Shown: positions 52,684-64,000, counted from the stretch's first letter. The stretch is 64,000 nucleotides of DNA from an uncultured Shewanella sp. (GCF_947495455.1 NZ_CANLZC010000006.1:17280-81279), one strand, 5' to 3'. Notes: generated from the sequence alone by a model not told the origin. Numbers and translations: made by a program.

Positions 52684-54168
52684 ATGTTTGAAATGATAGT
52701 TGATTTTCTTAATGCATTGTTGTGGGGGAAAATACTCGTTTATGGATTGGTCGGAGCGGGCTTATTTTTTACTCTACGTTTAGGATTTATTCAAATTACC
52801 CATTTTAAACATGCCATTATTACCTTGTTAAATAGCAGAAAAATGGTGACAGAGGGAGGTTTATCTTCTTTTCAGGTTTTTTGTACCAGTATGGCAGCGC
52901 GAGTGGGTGCTGGAAATATGGCCGGAGTCGCTGTTGCCATTGGAGCGGGTGGGCCCGGTGCTATTTTCTGGATGTGGTTGATTGCAGTGTTGGGCATGGC
53001 CACTGCCATGGTCGAATCAACCTTGGCACAGATTTATAAAGTGCGTGATGATAATGGCCAGTTTCGAGGTGGTCCTGCTTATTATATGGAAAAAGGGTTA
53101 GGACAACGTTGGATGGGCATATTGTTTTCCATTTTTTTAATTATTGCTTTTGGTCTGGTTTTTAATGCTGTTCAAGCCAATACGATTACCGCTGCAATGA
53201 CACAAGTGTTTGGTTTGTCCGCACCTGATGTTGGATTGATCTTGGTTATATTTTCTGGTTTCGTGATCATGGGAGGGTTACGAAAAGTGGCGCGAGTGTC
53301 TGAGTTATTGGTTCCTTTTATGGCGCTGGCTTATATTACTGTTGCTGCAATAGTGGTTGTGACTAATATTGAAAAGGTACCTGATGCATTAATGTTAGTG
53401 ATTAAAAGTGCATTTGGCTTGCAAGAAGTGGTTGCTGGTGGCGTGGCTTATAGTGTGGCACAAGCCATGCAATCAGGTATTGCGAGAGGCTTGTTTTCCA
53501 ATGAGGCAGGTATGGGAAGTGCTGCCAATATTGCCGGCAGTGCTGCCCCTTATCCAAATCATCCTGCATCACAAGGTTTTATACAAATGTTAGGCGTTTT
53601 TGTCGATACGATAGTTATTTGTACTGCGACTGCGGCTATCATTTTATTGACAAGCGATATAGACACTGATGGTGACGGTATTCGAATGACAATTGATGCA
53701 TTAACAGGGCATGTTGGACAAGAAGGTGGTGCTTTTATTGCTTTTACTATTTTGTTTTTTTGTTTTACCTCTATTATTGCCAATTATTCTTACGCAGAAA
53801 CAAATGTGTTGTTTTTGACTGGGCATAAAGAAGGTATTTTACCTTTTTTCAGATTAACGGTTCTTGTTATGGTGATGTTTGGCTCCCTTGCCAAAGTAGG
53901 GTTGGTTTGGGCGCTTGCTGATGTATCCATGGGGTTAATGGCAACGGTCAATATTATTGCATTACTCTTATTGTCGGGATTAACTGTGCGTGTTATCCAA
54001 GATTATTCTCGTCAATTAAAGTCAGGTAAATTACCGAGTTTCAATTATAAAGATTTTCCAGAACTCATGCGGCATAAAGAAAATGCTTGGATTGTCGACT
54101 CAACACAAGGTACAAGCGAAAACACTGTTGAAGTGCCACTGTTGAAAGGGACAAAGACACAGAATTGA
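52684..54168 (+). CDS. Sodium:alanine/glycine symporter (AGCS family, YaaJ-like)
   Basis: RVGAGNMAGVA, GGPGAIFWMW, RGGPAYY, ARGLFSNEAGMGS; start could be 52651. Confidence 0.95.
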   Translation: MFEMIVDFLNALLWGKILVYGLVGAGLFFTLRLGFIQITHFKHAIITLLNSRKMVTEGGLSSFQVFCTSMAARVGAGNMAGVAVAIGAGGPGAIFWMWLIAVLGMATAMVESTLAQIYKVRDDNGQFRGGPAYYMEKGLGQRWMGILFSIFLIIAFGLVFNAVQANTITAAMTQVFGLSAPDVGLILVIFSGFVIMGGLRKVARVSELLVPFMALAYITVAAIVVVTNIEKVPDALMLVIKSAFGLQEVVAGGVAYSVAQAMQSGIARGLFSNEAGMGSAANIAGSAAPYPNHPASQGFIQMLGVFVDTIVICTATAAIILLTSDIDTDGDGIRMTIDALTGHVGQEGGAFIAFTILFFCFTSIIANYSYAETNVLFLTGHKEGILPFFRLTVLVMVMFGSLAKVGLVWALADVSMGLMATVNIIALLLLSGLTVRVIQDYSRQLKSGKLPSFNYKDFPELMRHKENAWIVDSTQGTSENTVEVPLLKGTKTQN

Positions 54169-54231
54169 AAGTAAAATTGCCTTGTATTGCCTGTATTTTA
54201 TTCAGGCAAAAAACCAATTATAACAATCTAG

Positions 54232-54261
54232 AAATCCACGAACGTTATACGTGGATTTTTT
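54232..54261 (+). terminator. Terminator after the symporter gene
   Basis: aaatccacg...cgtggatttttt. Confidence 0.65.
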
Positions 54262-54312
54262 GTTTATGGCGAGTATCATGTGTTTATGAGTGAATAATGG
54301 CTAAGGTGTTTT

Positions 54313-55086
54313 ATGTTGATTTTGATTTCTCCCGCGAAAACGCTGGACTTTGATACCCCTACAACAACGCAGGAGTTTTCATATCCTGAATTAGTAAAAG
54401 AAAGTGAAGCGTTAATTCAAATTTGTCGTGAATTAAGTCCTAGTGATATTGCTAGCTTAATGAAAGTGAGTGACAAAATAGCAGGGTTAAATGTGGCACG
54501 CTTTAATAGCTGGAGCAGTGATTTTAACCTTGATAATGCAAAACAGGCTATTCTTGCTTTTCGTGGTGATGTTTATACTGGACTGGATGCAGACTCTTTA
54601 GATGAAGCAGGGTTAAAGGCTGCTCAGAATAAATTACTTATTTTATCAGGCTTGTATGGCCTTTTAAGACCCCTTGATTTGATGAAAGCTTATCGTTTAG
54701 AAATGGGGACACGCCTTGAAAATGCGAGGGGAAGTAACTTATATCAATTTTGGGGAGATATCATAACAGATGAGATCAATAAATCATTAGCGAAAGCGCA
54801 GAGTGAGTATCTTGTTAATTTAGCCTCGAATGAGTATTTTAAAGCTGTTAAGCCAAAGCAATTAACGGCGAAGCTGATTACCCCTATTTTTAAAGATTGC
54901 AAAAATGGCCAATATAAAGTGATCAGCTTTTATGCCAAAAAGGCCAGAGGTTTGATGGCACGTTATATCATTGATAATGACATAAGGACCCAGGAAGCAT
55001 TAATCAAATTTGATAGTGCAGGTTATTATTACAGTGAAGCCGAATCCAGTATTGAAAGCCCCGTCTTTTTGAGAGAAGAGCAGTAA
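54313..55086 (+). CDS. yaaA: Peroxide stress protein YaaA
   Basis: [21 protein letters not shown]...[15 protein letters not shown] and FYAKKARG motifs. Confidence 0.97.
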   Translation: MLILISPAKTLDFDTPTTTQEFSYPELVKESEALIQICRELSPSDIASLMKVSDKIAGLNVARFNSWSSDFNLDNAKQAILAFRGDVYTGLDADSLDEAGLKAAQNKLLILSGLYGLLRPLDLMKAYRLEMGTRLENARGSNLYQFWGDIITDEINKSLAKAQSEYLVNLASNEYFKAVKPKQLTAKLITPIFKDCKNGQYKVISFYAKKARGLMARYIIDNDIRTQEALIKFDSAGYYYSEAESSIESPVFLREEQ

Positions 55087-55344
55087 TACTTTTTTACAAT
55101 CAATGTATTATTGCAGTGAAGTCGAGTCGAGTATCAAAAGCCCTGTCTTTTTGAGAGAGGAGCAGTAATACTTTTTTACAATCAATGTATTATTGCAGTG
55201 AAGTCGAGTATCAAAAGCCCTATCTTTTTGAGGGATTAGCAGTAATGCTATTTAAAATCAATGTGTTATTGCAATGAGGTCGAGTCGAGTATTGAAAGTT
55301 CCGTCTTTTTGAGAGAGGAGCTATAATACCGTTTAAAATAAATG
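55024..55344 (+). repeat. Four tandem copies (82, 82, 76, 81 bp) of the yaaA 3' end plus downstream spacer
   Basis: Units start at 55024, 55106, 55188 and 55264; consensus tattattgcagtgaagtcgagtcgagtat.aaaagccc.gtctttttgagagaggagcagtaata...caatcaatg. Confidence 0.92.
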
Positions 55345-55369
55345 AGTTTCTTTGATTCGTTTTCATATT

Positions 55370-55392
55370 AAAAGCAGCGTTATGCTGCTTTT
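55370..55392. terminator. Bidirectional terminator between yaaA and the peptidase gene
   Basis: aaaagcagc-gttat-gctgctttt. Confidence 0.75.
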
Positions 55393-55440
55393 ATACTCGT
55401 GAGATTTCCAGCTGCAGGAGTAGACTGAAATAAAAACCTT

Positions 55441-56844
55441 TTATTTATTGGTTATGGGTCTTAGCTCACTGTTTGATTGTGCCATTAAGTAGGCAAAGAG
55501 CGCGTATGCCGCGACATTTTGCTGTAATTTCTTAGGATCGATTTTATCCAGTGTATCATTGGGAGTATGGTGATAGTCGAAGTAATCTAAGCCATTTTGC
55601 CTTAGTGAAGCGACTGGGATCCCTTTGTTGGGAAAAATTGAGATATCGGGTCCACCATGAGCACGATTATTCCCTAGAGTGATCTGATGGGATGTGATGG
55701 GGAATAATGTGTGATGAAGTTCATTAAAAGCCTGTTGGTTGACATTGAGATCCAGCTGGTAAATGAAGCCTGCACCGAAATCCGATTCTGCGGCGATATA
55801 ATGATTTGCTAGCTCTTTTTCATGTGCCTTAAGGTAGGCTTTTGCCCCGATTATCCCTATTTCTTCTGCAGCGAACAATACCACCCTTATCGTCCGATCG
55901 GGTCTTTTAGGGAGATCTTGAATGATTTTTGCGGCTGCAGTGACAATACCGACGCCAGCGCCATCATCAAGGGCGCCAGTGCCTTCATCCCAAGAATCTA
56001 AGTGTGCACTGATGAGCACAATTTCCTGAGGTTTGGTGTGTCCAGTGACTTCAGCGATGACATTATAAGATTGCGTAAAGCCTTGCCTTGACGATGACAT
56101 TTTTAAATTGATCAGGATATTAGGGGAACGTTTGAGCATGGCATTAACGAGATCGGCATCTGGATTGGACATGGCAGCAGCAGGTATTTTTTTTATATTG
56201 TCATGATACTTCATGATACCTGTGTGGGCCATTCGGTCGCTATCTGTTCCAATGGAGCGGATCAATATGGCGACAGCGCCTTTTTCTGCAGCAATCATTG
56301 CGCCCTGAGATCGGCCAGAAACGGTTTCTCCATAACCTGCACCAGTTCGAGTTTTTCGCGTTTTATGATCAATAAACACAATCTTATCTTTCACTTGGGC
56401 CTTAGAAGCTGCTTTTAACGCATCTAAGTTATCAAAGCGAATGATGTTGGCTTCTATCCCCTTTTCTGGTGTGCCTATACTTCCGCCTAAGGCGGTGATG
56501 ACAAGGGGTTGTTGAAATGGTGCTATGACATTAGCTGTGGCTGTTCCTCTATGCCAAACGGGAACCTGCACCGGCTCTTTATAGACTTTATCAAATCCGA
56601 GTGCTTTGAAGGTCTTTTCTGCCCATTGCACGGCGAGTAAATCTTTATCGCTGCCCGCGAGTCTGGGGCCCACTTCAACAGTGAGAGATTCAACTAATTC
56701 ATAGGCTAGAGTAGACTCATATGCCTTTTGTTCTATTTTTGTTATGTCTTTTTTTTGTGATTTGTCTTGAGGATAATGGGTCTGACAACCTATTAAAACT
56801 AATAAAATTAGTGGAATGCATATTTTTATGTGTTGTTTTTTCAT
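55441..56844 (-). CDS. M28-family Zn peptidase (carboxypeptidase Q-like), probable lipoprotein
   Basis: LIGC lipobox; AHLDSWD, GALDDGAG, AAEEIG and YHHT metal-ligand motifs. Confidence 0.92.
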   Translation of the reverse strand: MKKQHIKICIPLILLVLIGCQTHYPQDKSQKKDITKIEQKAYESTLAYELVESLTVEVGPRLAGSDKDLLAVQWAEKTFKALGFDKVYKEPVQVPVWHRGTATANVIAPFQQPLVITALGGSIGTPEKGIEANIIRFDNLDALKAASKAQVKDKIVFIDHKTRKTRTGAGYGETVSGRSQGAMIAAEKGAVAILIRSIGTDSDRMAHTGIMKYHDNIKKIPAAAMSNPDADLVNAMLKRSPNILINLKMSSSRQGFTQSYNVIAEVTGHTKPQEIVLISAHLDSWDEGTGALDDGAGVGIVTAAAKIIQDLPKRPDRTIRVVLFAAEEIGIIGAKAYLKAHEKELANHYIAAESDFGAGFIYQLDLNVNQQAFNELHHTLFPITSHQITLGNNRAHGGPDISIFPNKGIPVASLRQNGLDYFDYHHTPNDTLDKIDPKKLQQNVAAYALFAYLMAQSNSELRPITNK

Positions 56845-56980
56845 GAAAGCCCTTTATATTTTTATTGTTCACATCCATTTTTTGAACAATTTAGCAAAAA
56901 GTGTGCGTTGTGTCGCGACTATATTTTTACATTCGGGTTATATTAAGGGTTAATGTTTGTTTTAGGAGAATGTGCTAGTC

Positions 56981-57295
56981 ATGAATATTAAATTAATGCA
57001 ACAAAGAGCAGATAATGCTGTTGTATTGTTAAAAGCGTTAGCAAATGAAAGTCGTCTTTTTATTTTGTGCTATTTGCTCAATGAAGGTGAGATGTGTGTC
57101 AGTGACATGAATAAAAAGTTGGGGTTAAGCCAATCGGCACTGTCTCAGCATTTAGCATGGCTTCGTAAAGATAACTTAGTGACAACTCGTAAAGTAGCAC
57201 AAACGGTTTATTATTCACTCAATAGCGAAGAGGTGAGTGAGATCATTCAAGTATTGAATACGATTTATGCACAAGAGACATGTACTGCAGCTTAA
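56981..57295 (+). CDS. hlyU: ArsR/SmtB-family regulator (HlyU-like)
   Basis: LLKALANESRL.ILC, LSQSALSQHLAWLR, RK.AQTVYYSL. Confidence 0.8.
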   Translation: MNIKLMQQRADNAVVLLKALANESRLFILCYLLNEGEMCVSDMNKKLGLSQSALSQHLAWLRKDNLVTTRKVAQTVYYSLNSEEVSEIIQVLNTIYAQETCTAA

Positions 57296-57447
57296 GCGTA
57301 TTGAGTATAGTATTAAGTTGAAAGCGCTATCATGAGTGTGATTGACAGAGTTGATATAGCAACTCGCGATATTGATGTTTAAATATCGAAAGCGTTTTTG
57401 ATTTAACCATTTCGGCACATCTTAGCATGGACGTTGAAAATGAAATT

Positions 57448-57476
57448 AAAAAAACCGGCATAAGCCGGTTTTTTTT
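57448..57476. terminator. Bidirectional terminator after rpsT
   Basis: aaaaaaaccggc-ataa-gccggttttttt. Confidence 0.88.
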
Positions 57477-57496
57477 ACATCATATAAAGCTAAAAA

Positions 57497-57763
57497 TTAA
57501 GCAGCAAGTGCTTTAATTTTTGCATTCAAACGTGCTTTATGACGTGCAGCTTTATTCTTATGAATAAGGCCTTTTGTCGCTAAACGGTCAACGATAGGTT
57601 GTGCCGCAATAAATGCTTCTGTAGCCGCTTTGTGATCGCCACTGTTAATTGCAGCGATAACTTTTTTTACGTAAGAACGTAACATAGAGCGACGGCTAGC
57701 GTTATGCTTACGACGCTTTTCAGATTGAAGCGCGCGCTTCTTTGCAGACTTGCTATTAGCCAA
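57497..57763 (-). CDS. rpsT: 30S ribosomal protein S20
   Basis: [11 protein letters not shown] and [10 protein letters not shown] motifs. Confidence 0.99.
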   Translation of the reverse strand: MANSKSAKKRALQSEKRRKHNASRRSMLRSYVKKVIAAINSGDHKAATEAFIAAQPIVDRLATKGLIHKNKAARHKARLNAKIKALAA

Positions 57764-58011
57764 GGTGCAACTCCTAAAACTGGGTTTGATATTTTTAAGG
57801 TCGAGGAATATGCCTTGTTTTCGTCATTTTGTCAATGACAATGATTGAATCTGTGCCTTAAACACAAAATAATCCAATCGGCTTTGGCTATCTTCGGCCT
57901 AACTCGTGTAATATGGTGCGTAATTCTAGCAGCTATTGCTGTCAGGCAACAGAGGTAAGCTCGACTATTTATGTAATGGTGTCGTGTTTTTGCTCACTTT
58001 AGGGGGATTAT

Positions 58012-59571
58012 TTGAGTAGGAAATTAATAAGATCGGGCATGATTGTGAGTTTTATGACATTGATCTCTAGGATGTTAGGTCTAGTAAGAGATGTTGTCAT
58101 TGCAAACTTAATGGGTGCAGGTAGTAGCGCAGATGTTTTTTTCTTTGCTAACAAAATTCCTAATTTTTTACGTCGCTTATTCGCGGAAGGTGCTTTTGCT
58201 CAGGCTTTTGTGCCTGTGTTAACCCAATATCAAGAGAAAAATACGTCAGAAGAAACCAAAGAGTTACTGGCTAAGGTGGCAGGAACCTTAGGAGGATTAG
58301 TGACTTTAGTGACTTTAGTCGGCGTGTTAGCCTCACCTATCTTAGCCGCTTTATTTGGTGGCGGTTGGTTTTATGATTGGCTGAATAATGAACCTGGCGG
58401 TGCAAAATTCGAACTTGCATCTATGATGTTGAAAATTACTTTTCCTTATTTATGGTTTATTACCTTTACCGCTCTTTCTGGCTCGATATTGAATACTCGT
58501 GGCCGGTTTGCTGTTTCGGCATTTACACCAGTATTTTTAAATATAGCGATTATTCTTGCCGCATTGTATGTCGCACCTCATCTAGACAAACCTGAAATAG
58601 GCTTAGCTTGGGGCGTATTTTTTGGCGGGGTTGTTCAATTTTTGTTTCAAATTCCTTTTTTAGTCAGAGAAGGGGCTTGGGTTAAACCATCATGGGGTTG
58701 GCACCACCCTGGAGTGGTGAAAATTAGAACCTTAATGCTTCCAGCATTGTTTGGTGTATCGGTTTCGCAAATTAATTTATTGTTTGATACCTTTATCGCC
58801 AGCTTTCTCATGACAGGTTCCATCAGTTGGCTGTACTATTCAGATAGATTACTTGAGTTCCCACTTGGCCTGTTTGGTATTGCGATTGCCACCGTTATTT
58901 TACCTGCGTTATCAAAAAAGCACGTTAATGCTGAAGGTCAAGGATTTACTCACACTATGGAGTGGGGCATTCAAGCCATATTATTGTTAGGCTTGCCAGC
59001 AATGTTTGGATTAATTCTATTAGCTAAGCCGATGTTAATGGTGCTATTTATGAGAGGAGCATTTAGCTTTGAAGATGTTGAAATGGCGTCTTACAGTTTA
59101 ATGGCCTATGGCAGTGGTTTACTCAGTTTTATGCTGATTAAAGTATTGGCGCCGGGTTATTATTCCAGACAAGATACGCGCACACCCGTTCGTTATGGCA
59201 TTATTGCGATGGTCAGCAATATCGGACTCAATTTAATGCTTGCTTATCCTTTTGGTTATGTGGGCCTTGCACTGGCGACATCCCTCTCAGCATTGTTAAA
59301 TGCGAGCTTGTTATACCGTGGTTTATATAGGCAACAGGTCTATAAAATTAGCCGTTCAACGGTGATATTTTTTACCAAAGTACTGTTATCGGCATCTGTC
59401 ATGGCGGGGGTACTTTATCAGTTTGATCCGAGTCAAGATGTATGGTTGAGTTGGTCGTTACATCAACGGGGACTGATGTTAGTCGAGTTAATTGCAGCAG
59501 GCGTGGTGAGTTATTTAGTCTGTTTGCTGATAGTGGGAATTCGTCCATGGCGATTAAAAACGGCTCACTGA
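58012..59571 (+). CDS. murJ: Lipid II flippase MurJ
   Basis: SRMLGLVRD, RRLFAEGAF, DRLLEFPLGLFG; divergent from rpsT. Confidence 0.98.
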   Translation: MSRKLIRSGMIVSFMTLISRMLGLVRDVVIANLMGAGSSADVFFFANKIPNFLRRLFAEGAFAQAFVPVLTQYQEKNTSEETKELLAKVAGTLGGLVTLVTLVGVLASPILAALFGGGWFYDWLNNEPGGAKFELASMMLKITFPYLWFITFTALSGSILNTRGRFAVSAFTPVFLNIAIILAALYVAPHLDKPEIGLAWGVFFGGVVQFLFQIPFLVREGAWVKPSWGWHHPGVVKIRTLMLPALFGVSVSQINLLFDTFIASFLMTGSISWLYYSDRLLEFPLGLFGIAIATVILPALSKKHVNAEGQGFTHTMEWGIQAILLLGLPAMFGLILLAKPMLMVLFMRGAFSFEDVEMASYSLMAYGSGLLSFMLIKVLAPGYYSRQDTRTPVRYGIIAMVSNIGLNLMLAYPFGYVGLALATSLSALLNASLLYRGLYRQQVYKISRSTVIFFTKVLLSASVMAGVLYQFDPSQDVWLSWSLHQRGLMLVELIAAGVVSYLVCLLIVGIRPWRLKTAH

Positions 59572-59811
59572 CTCTTGTTTATTCAATAAGGGGGAGTTTT
59601 GATGGATGAAATTCATTGTTGATTGAATTATAAGGTATTAATCTATTTCATATTGATATATCTGAATGGATTTTATGCCATAAACAAAGTCAGTGGGTAG
59701 TAAAAATTGGTGATGAAGAGAAGTGTTTGAATGTTGGCGGCATTCAACATTTCCAAGTCCTTTGGCTATAGTATATAATCCGCCCATTTAGACAGGCTTA
59801 TCATATTAAGA

Positions 59812-60747
59812 ATGGAATTAATTCGCGGGATCCATAATATTTTACCAGCGCATCATGCTTGTGTGCTCACCATAGGGAACTTTGATGGTGTTCATCGCGG
59901 TCATGCTGAAGTGATTGCACAACTTGTTAAAAGGGCAAGGCATCTTGGTTTGCCTGCCACATTGATGACATTTGAGCCTCAACCACAAGAATTATTTAAT
60001 GGTGAAAATGCCCCAGCGAGATTGAGTTCATTACGTGATAAGTTGGCTTTACTTGATGAATTGGGAATAGATAGACTGTTATGTGTGAACTTTAATGCGC
60101 AGTTTGCCACTCTATCTGCTCATGAGTTCATTGATGAATTGTTAGTGAAAAAACTGGGAGTAAAATACCTGGTTGTCGGTGATGATTTTTGCTTTGGCCG
60201 TCAAAGAAAAGGTAACTTTTCTATGTTAAAGCAAGCGGGCGAAGTCAATGGTTTTGCTGTTGTGAGCACGCAAAGTTTTATGCTTGCTGATAAACGAGTG
60301 AGTTCAACAGAAATAAGAGATGTACTCAATAAAGGGAACTTAGAGCAAGCAAGACGATTATTAGGTCACCCTTTTGTGCTCAGTGGTAAAGTGTTTCATG
60401 GTGATAAAATTGGGCGCACATTGGGGTTTCCAACAGCTAATATCGCCCTAAAACGACAAGTGAGTCCTGTAAGAGGCGTATTTGCCGTTAAGTGTTATTG
60501 GCAAGGGAGTGATGTCTATGAAGGGGTTGCCAATGTTGGATTTAGACCGACAATTAAGGGACAAAAATGCCAATTAGAAGTTCACTTATTTGATTTTTAT
60601 GGTGATCTCTATGGCAAAGCCGTTAAGGTGGAGCTGGTGGCAAAAATTAGAGATGAACAGCCATTTAAATCCTTAGATGCGCTGAAACAACAAATTAAAA
60701 ATGATGCTGACAAAGCAAGGGCTTTGCTTGGCAATGATGCTGGCTAA
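59812..60747 (+). CDS. ribF: Riboflavin kinase/FAD synthetase
   Basis: IGNFDGVHRGH, VSSTEIR, GRTLGFPTAN and LEVHLFDF motifs. Confidence 0.98.
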   Translation: MELIRGIHNILPAHHACVLTIGNFDGVHRGHAEVIAQLVKRARHLGLPATLMTFEPQPQELFNGENAPARLSSLRDKLALLDELGIDRLLCVNFNAQFATLSAHEFIDELLVKKLGVKYLVVGDDFCFGRQRKGNFSMLKQAGEVNGFAVVSTQSFMLADKRVSSTEIRDVLNKGNLEQARRLLGHPFVLSGKVFHGDKIGRTLGFPTANIALKRQVSPVRGVFAVKCYWQGSDVYEGVANVGFRPTIKGQKCQLEVHLFDFYGDLYGKAVKVELVAKIRDEQPFKSLDALKQQIKNDADKARALLGNDAG

Positions 60748-60779
60748 TAATATTAGTCAAATAATACGGTGTAGGATCA

Positions 60780-63602
60780 ATGAGCGACTATAAATCTACT
60801 TTGAATTTGCCGGAAACTGATTTTCCGATGCGTGGTAATTTGGCTAATCGTGAGCCAGAAATGTTGAAATCCTGGACCAAAAATGGACTGTATCAGCAGA
60901 TCCGTGATAGTCGTGTTGGTTGTAAACCTTTTATTTTACATGATGGCCCTCCTTATGCGAACGGTGATATCCATATTGGACATTCTGTCAATAAAATATT
61001 AAAAGATATCATTGTGAAATCAAAGACATTATCAGGCTTTGATGCACCTTATATTCCTGGTTGGGATTGTCATGGATTACCGATTGAGCTTAAGGTTGAA
61101 CAAAAAGTCGGTAAACCAGGCCATAAAATCAGTGCTGGTGATTTCCGTCAAAAATGTCGTGAATATGCCGCCAAGCAAGTGGATGGACAGAGAGATGATT
61201 TCATTCGTTTAGGCGTGTTTGCTGACTGGCAAAATCCGTATTTAACCATGGATTATAGCACTGAAGCCAATATTGTTCGTTCATTATCAAAAGTTATCGA
61301 CAGTGGCCATCTACACAAAGGTGTTAAACCTGTTCATTGGTGTACTGAGTGCGGTTCAGCATTGGCAGAAGCTGAAGTTGAGTATGAAGATAAAATGTCA
61401 CCGGCCATTGATGTGGCTTTTTCGGTTGTCGATAAAGCAGCGCTACTGGCTAAATTTGGTTTGACTGATTATGAGTCAAGTATTTCGATGGTGATTTGGA
61501 CCACAACGCCGTGGACCTTACCCGCTAACCGCGCTTTATCTGTTGCTGCAAACCTCGATTATGTATTCGTTGAAATGACTAAAGCAGGTGAGAAACAAGC
61601 GTTAGTATTAGCTCAAGCGCTAGCGGAATCCTGTGTTGAGCGTTATGGCGCCGAATCATATACTGTGTTAGGGCAAGTCAAAGGTTGTGATTTAGAATTA
61701 TTAAGATTTAATCATCCTTTTTATGATTTCGATGTTCCCGTTATTTTGGGGGATCATGTCACCGTTGAATCAGGAACGGGGGTGGTGCATACCGCACCTG
61801 GTCATGGTCAGGATGATTTTGTTGTGGGGCAACAATATGGCATTGAAGTGGCCAATCCTGTGGGTGATAACGGCGTATATAAAGCGGATACCCCTATTTT
61901 TGCTGGTCAACATGTTTTTAAAGCCAATAAAAATGTAATTGCGCTTTTAGCTGAAAAGCACGCCTTACTCAATCATGTTGATATTTCACACAGTTATCCT
62001 CATTGCTGGCGCCATAAAACACCGATCATCTTTAGAGCGACACCACAATGGTTCATCTCTATGGATAATAATGGGTTAAGGCAGCAGTCTTTAAGCGAGA
62101 TAGAACAAACACAATGGCTTCCTGATTGGGGTCAAAGCCGTATAGAGAAAATGGTCGAGAACCGACCCGATTGGTGTATTTCTCGCCAGCGGACTTGGGG
62201 CACACCTATTACTCTATTTGTACACCGTGAAACAGAAGAACTGCATCCTGATAGCGTGTCATTAATGGAGCGAGTGGCGAATCGTATTGAGCAAGAAGGC
62301 ATTCAAGCTTGGTGGGATCTGGATGCGAAAGAGTTGTTAGGTGATGAAGCGGAGCAATACCGTAAGGTCACGGATACTTTGGATGTATGGTATGATTCTG
62401 GTTCAACTTTCTCATCTGTAGTGGCTTCTCGTCCAGAGTTTCAAGGTCATGACGTTGATTTATATTTAGAAGGTTCAGATCAACATCGTGGTTGGTTCAT
62501 GTCATCTTTGATGATTTCAACGGCGATGAATGGTAAAGCACCTTATAAACAAGTGTTAACTCATGGTTTTACCGTTGACGGTAAAGGCCGCAAGATGTCT
62601 AAATCCATTGGTAATGTGATCTCACCTCAACATGTGACCAATAAACTGGGCGCTGATATTTTACGCTTGTGGGTTGCGGCAACCGATTACAGCGGCGAAA
62701 TGACAGTGTCTGACGAGATCCTAAAGCGTAGCGCTGATGCCTACCGCCGTATTCGTAACACCGCTCGTTTCTTGTTGGCTAATATTAATGGCTTTGATCC
62801 AGCGACCGATAATGTGGCTATTGAAAATATGGTTGCCTTGGATCGTTGGGTGGTTCGACGTGCGGCAGTGCTACAAGAAGAGTTGTTAGAAGCCTATGAG
62901 CAATATAATTTTCATGTCGTCACCCAAAAGCTCATGCAATTTTGCTCTGTTGAGTTAGGTAGCTTTTACTTAGATATTATCAAAGACAGACAATATACAG
63001 CCAAGCAAGATAGTCATGCTCGTCGTAGTTGCCAATCAGCACTGTATCTTATCAGTGAAGCATTAGTGCGCTGGATAGCCCCTATTTTAAGCTTTACCGC
63101 TGATGAAATTTGGCAACTTTTACCCGGTGAACGTGAACAATTTGTCTTTACTCAGCATTGGTTCAAAGGGCTTGAGGCCATTACTTTGGATGAAGATTTA
63201 AGTGATGATTTCTGGCAGGAATTGCTAGTGGTGCGTGGTGAAGTGAATAAGGTGATTGAACAAGCGCGTCGTGATAAGCAAATTGGTGGAGCATTAGAGG
63301 CGAAAGTGACTTTATATGTTGAACCTGAACTTAAAGCAACCCTTAGTCAAATGGGTGATGAGTTACGTTTTGCATTGCTGACATCTGAAGCCACTTTGTG
63401 TGCGTTAGAAGATGCGCCAGAAAGTGCCATTGAAACTGATTTGAGTAGTTTGAAGTTGGGGTTAAATAAAACTCAGGCGCCAAAGTGCGAACGTTGCTGG
63501 CACCATAGAGAAGATGTGGGTCAAGTGGAGTCACACCCAAGTTTGTGTACACGTTGTGTCACGAATATTGAAGGTGACGGTGAAATTCGTCAATTTGCAT
63601 AG
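60780..63602 (+). CDS. ileS: Isoleucine--tRNA ligase
   Basis: [19 protein letters not shown] and C-terminal CERCWH zinc finger. Confidence 0.99.
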   Translation: MSDYKSTLNLPETDFPMRGNLANREPEMLKSWTKNGLYQQIRDSRVGCKPFILHDGPPYANGDIHIGHSVNKILKDIIVKSKTLSGFDAPYIPGWDCHGLPIELKVEQKVGKPGHKISAGDFRQKCREYAAKQVDGQRDDFIRLGVFADWQNPYLTMDYSTEANIVRSLSKVIDSGHLHKGVKPVHWCTECGSALAEAEVEYEDKMSPAIDVAFSVVDKAALLAKFGLTDYESSISMVIWTTTPWTLPANRALSVAANLDYVFVEMTKAGEKQALVLAQALAESCVERYGAESYTVLGQVKGCDLELLRFNHPFYDFDVPVILGDHVTVESGTGVVHTAPGHGQDDFVVGQQYGIEVANPVGDNGVYKADTPIFAGQHVFKANKNVIALLAEKHALLNHVDISHSYPHCWRHKTPIIFRATPQWFISMDNNGLRQQSLSEIEQTQWLPDWGQSRIEKMVENRPDWCISRQRTWGTPITLFVHRETEELHPDSVSLMERVANRIEQEGIQAWWDLDAKELLGDEAEQYRKVTDTLDVWYDSGSTFSSVVASRPEFQGHDVDLYLEGSDQHRGWFMSSLMISTAMNGKAPYKQVLTHGFTVDGKGRKMSKSIGNVISPQHVTNKLGADILRLWVAATDYSGEMTVSDEILKRSADAYRRIRNTARFLLANINGFDPATDNVAIENMVALDRWVVRRAAVLQEELLEAYEQYNFHVVTQKLMQFCSVELGSFYLDIIKDRQYTAKQDSHARRSCQSALYLISEALVRWIAPILSFTADEIWQLLPGEREQFVFTQHWFKGLEAITLDEDLSDDFWQELLVVRGEVNKVIEQARRDKQIGGALEAKVTLYVEPELKATLSQMGDELRFALLTSEATLCALEDAPESAIETDLSSLKLGLNKTQAPKCERCWHHREDVGQVESHPSLCTRCVTNIEGDGEIRQFA

Positions 63603-63617
63603 ATAAAGGAACGTGTT

Positions 63618-64000
63618 ATGCCGTCGACTTGGAGAGAAAGTGGATTACGTTGGTATTGGGTTGTTGTATTAGTCTTATTGGCTGATCAGCTTTCAAAGCA
63701 ATGGGTGTTATCAAATTTTGCCCTTTATGACTCAATACAGCTAATGCCTTTTTTTAGTTTCACCTATGTACGTAACTATGGGGCGGCTTTTAGTTTTTTA
63801 AATGACGCTGGAGGGTGGCAACGCTGGTTATTTACTGCCGTTGCCATAGGGTTTAGTTTATTACTGAGTTTTTGGTTAAGACAGCAGTCTTTTAAAGCTT
63901 GGCGCTTAAACTTGGCCTACACCTTAGTGATCGGCGGTGCGTTAGGCAATTTAATCGATCGGCTGCAACATGGTTTTGTGGTTGATTTCCTAGATGTATA
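63618..64000 (+). CDS. lspA: Lipoprotein signal peptidase (3' end outside window)
   Basis: Read by hand: ADQLSKQW, NYGAAFSFL, GGALGNLIDRL..GFVVDF; follows ileS. Confidence 0.96.
   Translation, partial: MPSTWRESGLRWYWVVVLVLLADQLSKQWVLSNFALYDSIQLMPFFSFTYVRNYGAAFSFLNDAGGWQRWLFTAVAIGFSLLLSFWLRQQSFKAWRLNLAYTLVIGGALGNLIDRLQHGFVVDFLDV

Noticed and set aside
55024-55344. CRISPR array
   Set aside because: Units are wholly homologous to each other and to the yaaA coding tail; there are no unique spacers, no leader and no cas genes.
57215-57418. 67-aa minus-strand ORF downstream of rpsT
   Set aside because: It overlaps the hlyU 3' end, lies beyond the rpsT terminator and has no motif support.

Overview
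AT-rich gammaproteobacterial chromosome segment. Gene content and order are Shewanella-like (inference from memory of synteny, not a database check). Most of the window is core housekeeping: lgt-thyA-nhaA/nhaR, nadB, rpoE-rseABC, lepA-lepB-rnc-era-recO-pdxJ-acpS, corB-ypjD-ffh-rpsP-rimM-trmD-rplS, aroF-tyrA, pheA with its attenuator, raiA, cytochrome b/c', trpR, slyD, thrLABC with its attenuator, pgi, tal, an OmpA-family gene, yaaJ-yaaA, an M28 peptidase, hlyU, rpsT and murJ-ribF-ileS-lspA. The main finding is an accessory insertion between acpS and corB. It holds an unbroken tandem array of 15 intact paralogous genes (18645-25873) for small secreted beta-rich proteins of about 140 aa, each with the same two cysteines. 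The paralogues fall into six subclasses in the order [C-A-B][C-A-D-F-E-B][C-A-D-F-E-B], i.e. a duplicated six-gene cassette plus a truncated three-gene copy. A signal-peptide-bearing phytochelatin-synthase-like enzyme is transcribed divergently from the array. Also present: two copies of a MITE-like element (TA-flanked, termini CCAAT...ATTGG), an orphan gene with a T3SS-effector-like N-terminal motif, a Rap1a-like gene between nhaA and nhaR, and a fourfold ~82-bp tandem amplification of the yaaA 3' end. No rRNA, tRNA or CRISPR array was seen.
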